This document shows positions 47,314 to 57,832 of a stretch of 64,000 bases of DNA, in pieces. This stretch comes from an uncultured Gemmatimonadales bacterium. Lineage in GTDB: Bacteria > Gemmatimonadota > Gemmatimonadetes > Longimicrobiales > Gaopeijiaceae. Both the position numbers and the translations under genes were made by a program. The stretch covers positions 2,720,001 to 2,784,000 of the forward strand of contig CAWELD010000003.1 in the NCBI GenBank assembly GCA_963809895.1, read 5' to 3'. The number at the start of each line of letters is the position of its first letter. Position 1 is the first letter of the stretch. The notes beneath the pieces were generated by a model. That model made no database searches and was not told where the DNA came from. It was given only the letters and a program-made list of their open reading frames with translations.

Positions 47314-49992
47314 TCACTCGGCCCGCATGGTGATCATGGGATCGATGCGCGTGCTGCGTCGGGCCGGAATCCAGGTGGCCAGGATCGCGGTGCCCAGCAG
47401 CACCGCCACCACCACGACAAAGGTGGTGGGGTCGGTGGAGCTAACGCCGAAGAGGAGGCCCTGCATGAGCCGCACGAGAACCAGACCTCCGGCCACCCCC
47501 ACCACCAGCCCCACCGCCACGGTGCGGAGCGCACCGGCCATGACCAGGCGCTGCACGGTCGCCGGCGCGGCCCCCAGCGACAGGCGAATACCCATCTCCC
47601 GGGTCCGGCGCGCCACGGCGTACGAGACGACGCCGTAGATGCCGACACCGGCCAGGATCAACGCCACGCCCGCGAAGATGCCGAGCACCATCAGGATGAA
47701 GCGACGCTGCGCCAGCGAGTCGCTCACCTGCGCGCTCAGGTACCGCACCTCGATGGCCAGGTTGGGATCGGCGCTACGAAGTGCCTGGCGGAGGAGCGGA
47801 GCCACGGCCGCCGGATCGCCGGTGGCCGATTCCGCCACCACCGACGCCTGGTACTGCAGGCGGAAAGGCCGCTGGCCGTAGGCGAAGTAGACCGTGGGCT
47901 CGGGTCCTCGGGTCAGGTCACGATAGCGCACGTCGCCCACCACACCCACGACGGTGGCGAAGCGCGGCGGATCGGCGTCCCAGAAGTTGTCCATCCCACC
48001 ACCGGTGACCGTGTGGCCGATGGGATCCTCGCCGGGCCAGAACTCGTCGGCGAAGGCCTGGTTGACGATGGCGACGTCCGGAGCGCCCTCCCGGTCCCGG
48101 TCATCGAACATGCGGCCGCGGACCAACGGAATGTCCAGCGCCTCGAAGGTGCCCGGGCTGGTGGTGACGTAGATGCCGTCGGCGAACTTCTCGGGATCCC
48201 CGTCCAACTCCAGCCGTCCCGACGCCGCGTATCCCTGCACGGGGAGCGAGCTGCTCACCCCCACCGCCGAGACACCGGGCAGCGCCGAAGCGCGCGCCAG
48301 GAAGTCGTCGAAGAAGCCCCGGATGTCCTCGAGGTCGGGATAGCGGGTGGCGCTGAGATTGGCCGCCGTCACCACCACGTCGCTCTCGTCGAACCCCCGC
48401 TCCTGCGAGGTGAGCTGGACGAAGCTCCGGATGAGCAGGCCCGAGCCCACGAGCAGGATCAGCGCCAGGGCCACCTCGGTTCCCACCAGGACGCTCCACA
48501 CGCGGCCCTTGCCCCCAGCGCTTCCCCGGCCCTCGGTGCGCAGCACCTCCGCCTGATCGCCGTCGGTGAGACGCAGCGCGGGAAACAGCCCGAACAGGAG
48601 AGCCGTGGCCACGGCGATCAGCCCCGTGAAGCCCAGCACCACACCGTCCACGCCGACCTGATCGAGACGGGGCAGCGATCCCACGCCCAGCCGACGGATC
48701 ACGCCGAGTCCGAGCCAGGCGACCCCCAGTCCAGCCAGGGCCCCGAGCACGGCCAGGACCACGCTCTCGGTGAGGAGCTGACGGACCAGCCGACCTCGCG
48801 GAGCGCCCAGCGACGAGCGCACGGCGAGCTCCCGCGAACGAATCGTGCCACGGGCCAGGAGCGTGCTGGCCAGGTTCGTGCACGCCACCAGGAGCACGAA
48901 GGCGGCGGCCCCCAGCAGGATCAGCAGGGGCGTGCGCGCATCGCCCACCACCCGGTCCTGAAGGCTCGCCATGTTCACGCCCGTGGCCAGGTAGTCGGGA
49001 TCGTCGTCGGGCGAGGTGGCGACGATGCGCAAGGTGAGGGCGTCCAGCTCCTCATCGGCCTGCTCCAGCGTGACCCCGTCCCGCAGCCGCCCCACCACCC
49101 ACCAGTTGTGCGCGGTGCGGCTCTCGCCGTGCGGGAAGAGCTCCAGCGGCGCCCACACCTCGTTGCCGGCCGGATAGGCGCCGTCGTCGGGAATCACCCC
49201 GACGACCTCGGCCCGCACACCCCCGGCCTCGATGACCGTGCCTACCGCGTCCAGCCCGCCCAGGACGTCCTCGGCGAAGCTGCGAGCCACCACCACGGCA
49301 GGCTGAGCTCCCTGTACGTGGTCGTTCTCGTTGGTGAGCCGGCCCGCGAGCGGGCGCACCGGAAAGACGGTCCAGAAGTCGCGGGTCACGTTGGTGAATC
49401 CTGCGCGGACCGGTTCGGCTCCACCCACCACCGTGGTCGTGCCCGTGCCCACGGCCGCCAACCCCACGAAGCTCGTGCTCTGTTCGTGCCAGTCGCGATA
49501 GTTGGGCCACGCCACGGCCATGGTGCCGCCACGGTTGTTGCGTTCGGCCACCCACACGATCCGTCCGGGATCGCTGTACGAAAGCGGGCGCAGGAGCACG
49601 CCGTTCACCACGCTGAAGATCGCCGTGTTCGCGCCGACACCCAGCGCCAGCGTGACCAGGGCCACCAGGGTGAACCCTGGGCTCCGCACCAGATTCCGCA
49701 GCGCGTATCTCAGATCCTGCATCATCCCCTCCACTCGATGGGCCCGCCGGAGCCCCCGGTCCCGTGACCGGGTGATGGTCTCGCACTCCTTCCGGACCAC
49801 GTTCACGTCACCAAAGCGTCGGCGGGCCTCTTCCAGGGCCGCCGCCGGTTCCCATCCCTCCGCCACGAGATCGTCCACCAGCAGCTCCAGGTGGGCCTGG
49901 ACCTCGCGCTCCACGTCCTCTTCCAGCGGTAGCTCGCCCACGTTGGGACGCCCTCCGTGCAGCGAGCGACGGCCGGGTCGGCCCCCGTTCAT
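47314..49992 (-). CDS. ADOP family duplicated ABC permease with permease-prefix domain
   Basis: DVEREVQAHLE...ARRRFG prefix, QDLRYALRNLVRSPGF, LVACTNLASTLL, RTREMGIRLSLGA, IDPMITMRAE. Confidence 0.95.
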   Translation of the reverse strand: MNGGRPGRRSLHGGRPNVGELPLEEDVEREVQAHLELLVDDLVAEGWEPAAALEEARRRFGDVNVVRKECETITRSRDRGLRRAHRVEGMMQDLRYALRNLVRSPGFTLVALVTLALGVGANTAIFSVVNGVLLRPLSYSDPGRIVWVAERNNRGGTMAVAWPNYRDWHEQSTSFVGLAAVGTGTTTVVGGAEPVRAGFTNVTRDFWTVFPVRPLAGRLTNENDHVQGAQPAVVVARSFAEDVLGGLDAVGTVIEAGGVRAEVVGVIPDDGAYPAGNEVWAPLELFPHGESRTAHNWWVVGRLRDGVTLEQADEELDALTLRIVATSPDDDPDYLATGVNMASLQDRVVGDARTPLLILLGAAAFVLLVACTNLASTLLARGTIRSRELAVRSSLGAPRGRLVRQLLTESVVLAVLGALAGLGVAWLGLGVIRRLGVGSLPRLDQVGVDGVVLGFTGLIAVATALLFGLFPALRLTDGDQAEVLRTEGRGSAGGKGRVWSVLVGTEVALALILLVGSGLLIRSFVQLTSQERGFDESDVVVTAANLSATRYPDLEDIRGFFDDFLARASALPGVSAVGVSSSLPVQGYAASGRLELDGDPEKFADGIYVTTSPGTFEALDIPLVRGRMFDDRDREGAPDVAIVNQAFADEFWPGEDPIGHTVTGGGMDNFWDADPPRFATVVGVVGDVRYRDLTRGPEPTVYFAYGQRPFRLQYQASVVAESATGDPAAVAPLLRQALRSADPNLAIEVRYLSAQVSDSLAQRRFILMVLGIFAGVALILAGVGIYGVVSYAVARRTREMGIRLSLGAAPATVQRLVMAGALRTVAVGLVVGVAGGLVLVRLMQGLLFGVSSTDPTTFVVVVAVLLGTAILATWIPARRSTRIDPMITMRAE

Positions 49993-50330
49993 CCCAGGGG
50001 ACCCTCGGCGAACAGGACCCGCGACATGGCGTCCACATAGCGCGACCAGCTCTTCACCTCCGCCTCCAGCGTCCCCTCACCGGCAGCCGTGAGCTCGTAG
50101 AACTTGGCGTCGCGGCCGGTCTCGGTGACGCCCCAGTCCGCGGCCACGAGCCCCCGCTTCTCCAAGCGCCGCAGCGCCGGATAGAGCGCCCCCTCCTCCA
50201 CCTGGAGCGCCTCGTCCGTGGCCGCCCGGATGGCCTTGGACACGCCGTACCCGTGCAGAGGCCCCCAGCTCAGGGTCTTGAGGATGAGCACGTCCAACGT
50301 CCCCCTCAGAAGCTCCAGCGATCCGCTCAT
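49989..50330 (-). CDS. PadR family regulator (acidobacterial type)
   Basis: LLRGTLDVLILKTL..GPLHGY, EEGALYPALRRLE, KFYELT; ATGA overlap with permease. Confidence 0.95.
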   Translation of the reverse strand: MSGSLELLRGTLDVLILKTLSWGPLHGYGVSKAIRAATDEALQVEEGALYPALRRLEKRGLVAADWGVTETGRDAKFYELTAAGEGTLEAEVKSWSRYVDAMSRVLFAEGPLG

Positions 50331-50359
50331 GTCTCGCCCAGGTTGAAAGATCCTATGCA

Positions 50360-50379
50360 TAAGACTCCCAGGGGTCTTA
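50360..50379. promoter_or_regulatory. Palindromic putative PadR operator
   Basis: TAAGACTCC-CA-GGGGTCTTA, 30 bp upstream of the padR start. Confidence 0.55.
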
Positions 50380-50480
50380 CGGAGGTTGGAACGAGGCGGT
50401 TTCAAACTTCCGAGCCGGGCGCGTCATCCAAGTGCACGACGGACCCCCTGCGACGACGGGACCCGAACGAGGACGACGCG

Positions 50481-51554
50481 ATGACGAGGACGACGTTGGA
50501 GAGGATGGTGACGGGCCTGCTGGGCATGGCTCTGCTCGCGGGCGCACCCCACGGCACCGTGGGCGCGCAGGCCTCGCCACCCAGGCTGGACGGCTCGTGG
50601 ACGGCGCGTTGGAAGCCGGACACCGAGCGTCCCTGGATCCAGCTGCGGGAGAGCGACACCCACCGGAGCACCATGAGCCTGCCGCAGCGGGATGTGGACC
50701 AGTTGGTCGCCAGCGCCGATCCCGACGGCAACGTGCACCTGGATCTGAGTCGGGACGCCGGGCGGCTGGCGTTGGACGGCACACTCTGGAACGGACGTGG
50801 CGAGGGGAGCTACACCTTCCAGGCCAACGCGGCGTATGCCCAGGCCATGGCCGATGCGGGCGTGCCGGTGCCGGACGCCGACGCTTATCTGGCCGCGGCC
50901 CTCCACGACGTGAGGCCGGGGTCGGTGGCGCAGCTTCGGGCTGAAGGCTTCAGCGGCCTCGACTTCGACGACGTGCTGGCGGCATCGATCTTCCAGGTGG
51001 ACAGCACCTGGGTGGACGAGTTGCGGGCGCTGGGGCTCGACGGTGACCTGGACCAGTTCATCGCCTTCCGCATCCACGGCGTCACCCCGGACTTCGTGCG
51101 CGACGCGCGCTCCTGGGGGTTGGGTGAGTTGGGCGCCGACGAGCTGATATCGTTCCGGATTCACGGCGTCACGCGGGACTTCGTTCAGGAGGCCCGTGCC
51201 CTGGGCGGCCAGAGCCTGGACGCCGACGACGTCGTCTCGTTCCGGATCCACGGCGTCACCGGCGAGTTCGCACGCGCGGTGGCCGGATGGGGATTCGGCA
51301 CGCCCGACGCCGACGAGCTGATCGCGCTCAAGATCCACCGGGTGACCCCGGAGTTCATCGACAGCATGCGCGAGGCCGGCGTACCCCCGGAGGACCTGGA
51401 GCAGGCCGTGGCCTTCCGGATCCACGGCGTCACGCCGGAGCTGGTGGACGAGCTACACGAGGCCGGGTTCGAAGGGCTCACCGGCGACGACCTGATCAAG
51501 GTGCGCATCCACGGGCTGGACCGCCTGCTCAAGAAGCGCAGCGGAGGCGGCTGA
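50481..51554 (+). CDS. Exported protein with ~35-aa helical RIHGVT repeats
   Basis: Signal peptide, LSRDAGRLALDG beta domain, repeated (F)RIHGVTxxF motif. Confidence 0.85.
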   Translation: MTRTTLERMVTGLLGMALLAGAPHGTVGAQASPPRLDGSWTARWKPDTERPWIQLRESDTHRSTMSLPQRDVDQLVASADPDGNVHLDLSRDAGRLALDGTLWNGRGEGSYTFQANAAYAQAMADAGVPVPDADAYLAAALHDVRPGSVAQLRAEGFSGLDFDDVLAASIFQVDSTWVDELRALGLDGDLDQFIAFRIHGVTPDFVRDARSWGLGELGADELISFRIHGVTRDFVQEARALGGQSLDADDVVSFRIHGVTGEFARAVAGWGFGTPDADELIALKIHRVTPEFIDSMREAGVPPEDLEQAVAFRIHGVTPELVDELHEAGFEGLTGDDLIKVRIHGLDRLLKKRSGGG

Positions 51555-51585
51555 GCCCGCCCGGGGGCGGGAGCCGCCGGCGGGG

Positions 51586-54258
51586 CTATTCGCTGCGCAG
51601 CACCGTCACCGGGTCCACCCGCGCCGCGCGCCAGGCAGGCACCGCCGCCGCCACGACCGCGACGACCAGGAGCACCAGCGATCCCACGACGAAGGTCGCG
51701 GGATCCGAAACTCCGACGCCGTACAGAAGCGATCGGAGGGCCGGCGCGCCCACGCCCGCGAGGACGGCGCCCGACAGCACCCCGATGATGGCCAGGGTGA
51801 GCGAGTGTCCCACCACCAGACGCCCGATGCGACCCGCCTCGGCACCCAGAGCCAAGCGCACGCCCATCTCCCGCAGACGCGCGGTCACCGAGTAGGAAAT
51901 GACGCCGTAGAGCCCCACCACCGCCAGGAAGAGGGTCACGCCGGCGAAGAGCGTCAGCAACAGGGCGAGGAAGCGGTCGGGATCGAGGGCCGTCGACACC
52001 CGCTCCGCCATGGATTGGACCTGCTGGGCGGCGAGGGACGGGTCCATGTCGGCCAGGACCCGCCGGACCTCCGGCACCACGGCCAGCGGGTCCCGGCCGT
52101 CGGCCACCTTCAGCGTGAAGAAGGTGGAGCGGGTCGGCACCTGCTGGAACGGGAGGTAGACCGCGTCGCGGCGGTCCTCGCGCAAGCCGAAGTGGCGGAT
52201 ATCGCCGACCACGCCGACGATCTCCCACCAGTCGGGCTCGGCCGGATCGCCGAAGTTGAGGCGCTGGCCGATGGGGTTCTCGTCCGGGAAGTGCTGCTGC
52301 GCAAGCGTCTCGTTGACCACCAGGACCCGGGGCGTCGCTGACACGTCGGAGCGCTCGACGAAGCGCCCGCTCACGAGGCGAAGCGACATGGCGTCCAGAT
52401 AGCCGGGCGTCACCTGACGCACCCAGGCGGCGTCTTCGCGGCCCGGCTGGGGCAGCGGACGGCCCTCGATGTTGAAGGAGGCGTCGCCATCGAAACCGGC
52501 CAGCGGCAGCGCGGCCACCGTGCCGACCGACTGCACGCCGGGAAGGGCCTGCAGGCGCGGTTCCGCCTCGGCCATGAAGTTCCGCAGCGCATCGCCGTCC
52601 TCGTAGCGCGACACCGGCAGGTTCAGGAAGAAGGTCAGCACGCCCCGGGGCTGGTAGCCCAGATCCACGGTGCGCAGGTTCTGGAAGCTGCGCACCAGCA
52701 GCCCCGCGCCCACCAGCACGACCAGAGCCACCGCCACCTGGGCCGCCACCAGGGCATTGCGGACCCGCATCCCCTTGCGTCCCCCGTGCCGGTCACGGCC
52801 TCCCTCACGGAGCGTGGACTGCAGATCGGACCGGGCCGCCCGGAGAGCCGGCGCGAGCCCGAACGCGATGCCGGCCAGGACCGTCAGCAGCGCCGAGAAC
52901 AGAAGAACCGGAGCGTCCACGGTCACGCTTTCGATCCGGGGCGTGCCCTGGGGCGCCAGTGCCACCAGTCCACGGGTCCCCAAGACGCCCAGGGCGATGC
53001 CCAGGGCCCCTCCGGCCCCGGCGAGGATGAGACTCTCCACCAGGAGCTGGCCGACGATGCGCCGGCGGCCCGCGCCCACGGCGGCCCGGATGGAGAGCTC
53101 ACCCGTGCGGGACGACGCCCGGGACAGCAAGAGGTTGGCGACGTTCACGCACGCCACCAGCAGGAGGAGGCCCACGGCCCCCATGACGACCCACAGTCCC
53201 TTGCTGGCGCTCTGCACGAGATCGTCCTGAAGCGAGCGCAGGGTGAAGCCCATGTCGGTGTTGGACTCGGGGTATTGCTCCTCGAGCCGTCGGCCGAGAT
53301 CCGAAGCCTGGGCACGGGCCAGATCCAGCCCGGCATCGGGCGCGAGGCGTAGAATGCCGTGGAAGCTGAAGCCGCCACGGCGTCCGGCCTGTTGCGCCGG
53401 ATCCACCTGAAAGAGCGTCCACACCTGTGCATCGGGCACGAAGGGCGGCACGAAGTCCGGCGGCATGACCCCGATGACCTCGTAGGGCACGTCGTTCAGC
53501 AGGATGCTGGAGCCCACGGCCCCGGGATCCGCGCCCAGGGCGTCGCGCCAGAAGCCGTCGCTCACCATGGCCACGTTCGGCCCGCCCGGCGTGTCCTCCT
53601 CGGCCGTGAATCCCCTGCCCAGCGCGGGCTTCACCTTCAAGACCTGCGAGAACATGCCGTGGCTGACGCCAGCGGCCTGGATCGCCCGGGGCTCGCCCCT
53701 GCCGGTGAGCGTCGGGTTGAATCCCCCCCACGCCGCACCGGCCTCCACCGCCGGCACCTGGTCGCGCACGTCGGCAAAATTGGCCCAGGACAGCCACTCG
53801 TCCGAAGGGCCGCCTCTACGGCTGACGTCGCTCCACAGCGCGACGAGCTTCTCGGGCTGCGGATACGGCAGGGGTCGCAGAAGGATGTGGTCCACCACCG
53901 AGAAGATGGCCGTGTTGGCCCCGATCCCCAGGGCGATGGTCAACGCCACCACGCACGCGAACACCGGCGCACGGACCACCTGCCGCCACGCATATCGGGT
54001 ATCGAGCCACGCTGCGTCCAACCATTCCCGCATCCGCCCGTTCATCCGTCTCCTCCTGGTTTCGCGCTGCATGCGGGCACGAACCCGCTCCACGTCTCCG
54101 AACCGCCGTTCCGCCTCGCGCCGGGCCTCTTCGAGGGAGAGGCCCTTCGCGACCAGCGCCTGAACCTTGCGCTCGAGATGGAACCGGATCTCGTCGTCCA
54201 CCTCGGCATCCCCGTCCCGACCCGGGTCGGAGGGCAATCCACGGCCTGGCCCGCTCAT
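51586..54258 (-). CDS. ADOP family duplicated ABC permease with permease-prefix domain
   Basis: EVDDEIRFHLE...AERRFGD, DTRYAWRQ, LVACVNVANLLL, REMGVRLALGA, VDPVTVLRSE; ATG 54258 overlaps the padR stop. Confidence 0.95.
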   Translation of the reverse strand: MSGPGRGLPSDPGRDGDAEVDDEIRFHLERKVQALVAKGLSLEEARREAERRFGDVERVRARMQRETRRRRMNGRMREWLDAAWLDTRYAWRQVVRAPVFACVVALTIALGIGANTAIFSVVDHILLRPLPYPQPEKLVALWSDVSRRGGPSDEWLSWANFADVRDQVPAVEAGAAWGGFNPTLTGRGEPRAIQAAGVSHGMFSQVLKVKPALGRGFTAEEDTPGGPNVAMVSDGFWRDALGADPGAVGSSILLNDVPYEVIGVMPPDFVPPFVPDAQVWTLFQVDPAQQAGRRGGFSFHGILRLAPDAGLDLARAQASDLGRRLEEQYPESNTDMGFTLRSLQDDLVQSASKGLWVVMGAVGLLLLVACVNVANLLLSRASSRTGELSIRAAVGAGRRRIVGQLLVESLILAGAGGALGIALGVLGTRGLVALAPQGTPRIESVTVDAPVLLFSALLTVLAGIAFGLAPALRAARSDLQSTLREGGRDRHGGRKGMRVRNALVAAQVAVALVVLVGAGLLVRSFQNLRTVDLGYQPRGVLTFFLNLPVSRYEDGDALRNFMAEAEPRLQALPGVQSVGTVAALPLAGFDGDASFNIEGRPLPQPGREDAAWVRQVTPGYLDAMSLRLVSGRFVERSDVSATPRVLVVNETLAQQHFPDENPIGQRLNFGDPAEPDWWEIVGVVGDIRHFGLREDRRDAVYLPFQQVPTRSTFFTLKVADGRDPLAVVPEVRRVLADMDPSLAAQQVQSMAERVSTALDPDRFLALLLTLFAGVTLFLAVVGLYGVISYSVTARLREMGVRLALGAEAGRIGRLVVGHSLTLAIIGVLSGAVLAGVGAPALRSLLYGVGVSDPATFVVGSLVLLVVAVVAAAVPAWRAARVDPVTVLRSE

Positions 54259-54596
54259 GCCGACCCCGTGCCGGAGTCGAGGGCCAGCCCGATGGCCCGG
54301 GCGTATCGAGACCAGTCCTCGGTCTCGTTCTCCAGGCGCTCGAGGCCCGAAGCGGTGAGCCGGTAGAACTTGGCCCGGCGGTTGTTGTCCGACACGCCCC
54401 ATTGCGAGGCTATGAGACGCTTGCGCTCCAGGCGATGAAGGGCTGGATAGAGCGTGCCCTCCTCCATGAGGAGCGTGCCCTCGGTGACGGTCTCGATCCA
54501 CTCGGCCACGGCGTAGCCGTGTTTCGGATCTCCCTCGAGAGCCTTCAGGATCAACAGATCCACGGTTCCCTTCAGGAGATTCAGGCTGTCGGTCAC
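54255..54596 (-). CDS. PadR family regulator (acidobacterial type)
   Basis: LLKGTVDLLILKAL, HGY, EEGTLYPALHRLE, WGVSDNNRRAKFYRLT. Confidence 0.95.
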   Translation of the reverse strand: MTDSLNLLKGTVDLLILKALEGDPKHGYAVAEWIETVTEGTLLMEEGTLYPALHRLERKRLIASQWGVSDNNRRAKFYRLTASGLERLENETEDWSRYARAIGLALDSGTGSA

Positions 54597-54634
54597 GATT
54601 CGGCTCTCCGCACAGGCAGTCCTCGCTTCCCCAC

Positions 54635-54689
54635 TCCCCTAGCGATACGAGGGTAGACTCTAGCGGGTTTCCCCTAGGAATACAAGGGA
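54635..54689. promoter_or_regulatory. Two imperfect palindromes TCCCCTAG-N5-CRAGGG (putative PadR operators)
   Basis: TCCCCTAGCGATACGAGGGT (54635-54) and TCCCCTAGGAATACAAGGGA (54670-89), 35 bp apart. Confidence 0.65.
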
Positions 54690-54745
54690 GGTATCCGAGC
54701 GCCGCCTCCCGCCTTCGGGGCTAGCCACCGGACTGGGACGAGCGC

Positions 54746-54805
54746 TTGACTTCCGCCAAGTCTGTAGCTATGTAGATGCCCGATAGCTATGTAGACACCT
54801 ATACA
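54746..54805 (+). promoter_or_regulatory. Promoter with direct repeat TAGCTATGTAGA upstream of the third padR
   Basis: TTGACT (54746-51), 17 bp, TATGTA; exact 12-bp repeat at 54765-76 and 54784-95. Confidence 0.6.
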
Positions 54806-54816
54806 CCGAACCACTC

Positions 54817-55139
54817 ATGACGCCTGCCGCTGCCGACACCCCCGGCTACACCGCCACGCTCGTCCTGCAGGCGCTCAGCCTGGGCCATCGCTACGGGTTC
54901 GAGATCATGCGGATCACGGATCTTCCCAGCGGCACGGTCTATCCGATCTTGCGCCGGCTCGAAGGACAGGGTCTGGCCCGCTCGGCCTGGGAGGACGAAG
55001 ACGAGGCGCACAGCGACCGACGACCGGCCCGACGCTATTACCAGCTGACGCCCGAGGGAGGGGCGCACTGGAGGCGGCGAGACAGCGCGTCATGGACCAG
55101 GGCCGCCTGTTCGCGTCCGACGCCGGAGGGGCGGGCTGA
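54817..55139 (+). CDS. PadR family regulator; frameshift near 55060-55066
   Basis: YGFEIM..TDLPSGTVYPILRRLE...PARRYYQLTPEG; a plausible C-terminal helix ALEAARQRVMDQGRLF..GAG* continues in another frame. Confidence 0.85.
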
Positions 55140-55144
55140 CCCGA

Positions 55145-57832
55145 ATGGACGCCACTGCCGCCATACCTGATGCCTGTTTCTCCGGCTGGCCGCCTACCTG
55201 GCCCCACGGCGCCACCGGTCGCGGTGGCAGCGGGAATGGGCGGCCGAGCTGGCCAACGCCGTCACCGAAGAGGGCGGCACGGTGGGCAGGAGAGCGTCGC
55301 TCCTGTTGGGCGCCATGCGCGACGCACGATCGATGCATCATCTGGACGGGCCACCGGCCCCTGGAGAGAGGAGGATGACGACGATGGGACGCACGCTGCT
55401 CCAGTCCGCGCGAAGTCTCTGGCGGGCACCGGGCTTCACGGTCATCGCGAGTCTCACGTTGGCACTGGGCATCGGCGCCAGTGCCGCCATGTTCACCGTC
55501 GTGGACCACGTCCTGCTCCGTCCCCTGCCCTATCCCGACGCCGAGCGCGTGGTCGAGCTCACCCATCCGGTCCCCGGAATGCCTGCACAGGGCCGATGGA
55601 AGCTCTCCGTGGCCGGATACTTCCATTTCGCGCAACGGGCCAGGAGCTTCGAAGAGATCGGCGCCTACTACGGGTCGGGCTTCACCCTGACCGGCGGGGA
55701 CGCAGGCCGAGCGCATGTCGGGCGCCCTGGTCACGGCTTAGCTCTTCGACGTCCTTGGCGCCAAGGCCGAGCGCGGGCGCCTCTCCTGACAGCCAATGAC
55801 GACGCACCCGGTACGCCGGCGGCAGCGGTGTTGGGCCACGCACTCTGGGAGCGCCGCTTCGGAGGTGACCCCGGCGTGGTGGGATCCGACCCTCGAGGTC
55901 GACGGGCAGGAGGTGGCGGTGGTGGGCGTCGCGCCGCCGGGGCTGGCCATCGGTGAGCTGCCCGTGGACCTGTGGATGGACTGGCAACTCGATCCCTCTG
56001 CTCGGGCGGTCAACTCGCACTACGTGGCGACCCTGGGCCGACTGGCCCCCGGCGTCAGCGTGGACGCCGCGCGGGACGAGATGGTCCGGCTCACCCGGGA
56101 GCTCCCGGAGCGGTTTCCGAATGCCTATTCGGAGAAGTTCATGAAGGACTTCGGCTTCACGGCCGACGTGCGTCGGCTGGGGGACGTCATCCTGGGAGAC
56201 TCCCGGCGCCCGCTCTGGTTGCTCCTGGGCGCGGTGGGCGTGCTCCTCCTCCTGGCCTGCGCCAATGTGGCGAACCTCTACCTGGTGCGCACCGAGAGTC
56301 GCGCCCGCGAGGTGGCGGTGCGCCGGGCCATGGGTGCGTCACGTCGCGAGCTCGCGCGTCATTTCATGGTGGAGAGTCTGCTGACCACGGCGGCCGCAGG
56401 CGCTGCGGGGCTGGCATTGGCCTATGGCGCCATCCGGGCCCTCCGCGCGCTGGCACCCGACTCGCTTCCCCGGACACAGTCGGTGGTCGTGGACGGCCGC
56501 ACGCTGCTCTTCACCCTGGGTGTGGCGCTGGTCGCGGGGCTGGTGCTGGGGCTCTTTCCTCTGATCCGTCACGGCCGGACGGCCCCGGCCGCGGCCCTGG
56601 GCGACGGCGCACGAGGTAGCTCCGGTCGCGAAGGCAACGCGCTGCGCGGGACGTTGGTGGCCGGCCAGATGGCCCTCGCGGTCGTCCTCCTCTCAGCTGC
56701 GGGCCTCATGGTGCGCAGCGCACTGGAGCTCCGAGCCGTGGATCCGGGCTTCCGGCCGGACGGCGCGGTAGCGGTGGACCTGGTGGTGCCGGCGTGGAAC
56801 TACCCCGGACAGGACGAGGTGTACGCCTTCGACCGCGATCTCCTGACCCGCCTGCGCGAGATGCCCGGGGTCGAAGCCGCGGGCCTCACCAGCGGCCTGC
56901 CCATGACCGGAGCGGTGAATTGCTACGCAGTGGCGGTGGAGGGGGGATTGCCCACCGAGGGAGAGCCCCCGTCCTGCCCACCAACCCACTTCGTCACCGA
57001 CGGCTACTTCGAGGCCATGGGAATCGAGGTCCAGGAGGGACGGACGTACGACGCTCGCGACGACGCCCTCAGGACCGGGGCGGCGGTGCTGGGACGCAAG
57101 CTCGCCGACGCCTACTGGCCCGACGGCGCCATGGGGCGCGGCATTCGCATCTACGGTGCGGAGCCTCCGTTCCACCACGTGGTGGGAATCGTGGACGACG
57201 TTCGGGAACAGGGGCTCACGCAGCCGGCACCAGGGGTCGCCTACTTCCCCCTCCGGGCCATCCAGGGCGAGTCCCAGTGGGGCCCCGTCCGCTACCAGAC
57301 ACTGGTGGTTCGGGCACCTACCCGCGGTGCAGCGGGCCTCATGGAGGATGTCCGCGGCGCGATCCACACCCTGGATGCCGACGTGCCGGTGACCGGCGCC
57401 CGCCCTCTCGGTCGGGTCGTGGCCCGCTCCATGGCTCGCACGACCTTCACCATGGTTCTCATGGCCCTGTCGGCCGGGCTGGCGCTCACATTGGGCGCGG
57501 TGGGTCTCTACGGCGTGGTGACCTACACCGTGAGCCGGCGACGCAACGAGATCGGGATCCGCATGGCGCTGGGTGCCCGCGCCGGCGGTGTGGCGACGAT
57601 GGTCCTGCGGGAGTCCCTGGGAATCACCGTCGCCGGCGCCGCGGTGGGTGTCCTGGGCGCGCTCCTCACGGGGCAGCTCCTGCGGGCGCTCCTCTTCGGC
57701 GTCGCGCCGGTGGACCCGCTCACCCTGTCGGCGGTGGTGGGGCTGCTCGTGGGGGTGGCCGCCCTGGCCTCGTTCCTGCCGGCACGCCGGGCCGCCCGCG
57801 TCGATCCCGCCGCATCGCTCAGGACGGAGTAG
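55145..57832 (+). pseudogene. ADOP family ABC permease with several frameshifts in the 5' region (pseudogene or assembly errors)
   Basis: Coding pieces in different frames: RWQREWAAEL, SLWRAPGFTVIASLTLALGIGA, AERMSGALVTA*LFDVLG, then an intact C-terminal part to VDPAASLRTE. Breaks near 55175, 55700, 55740, 55785 and 55890. Confidence 0.8.

Noticed and set aside
5575..55895. Programmed ribosomal frameshifting at the split genes
   Set aside because: No slippery heptamers at the junctions, and the breaks occur in unrelated families; indel error is simpler.
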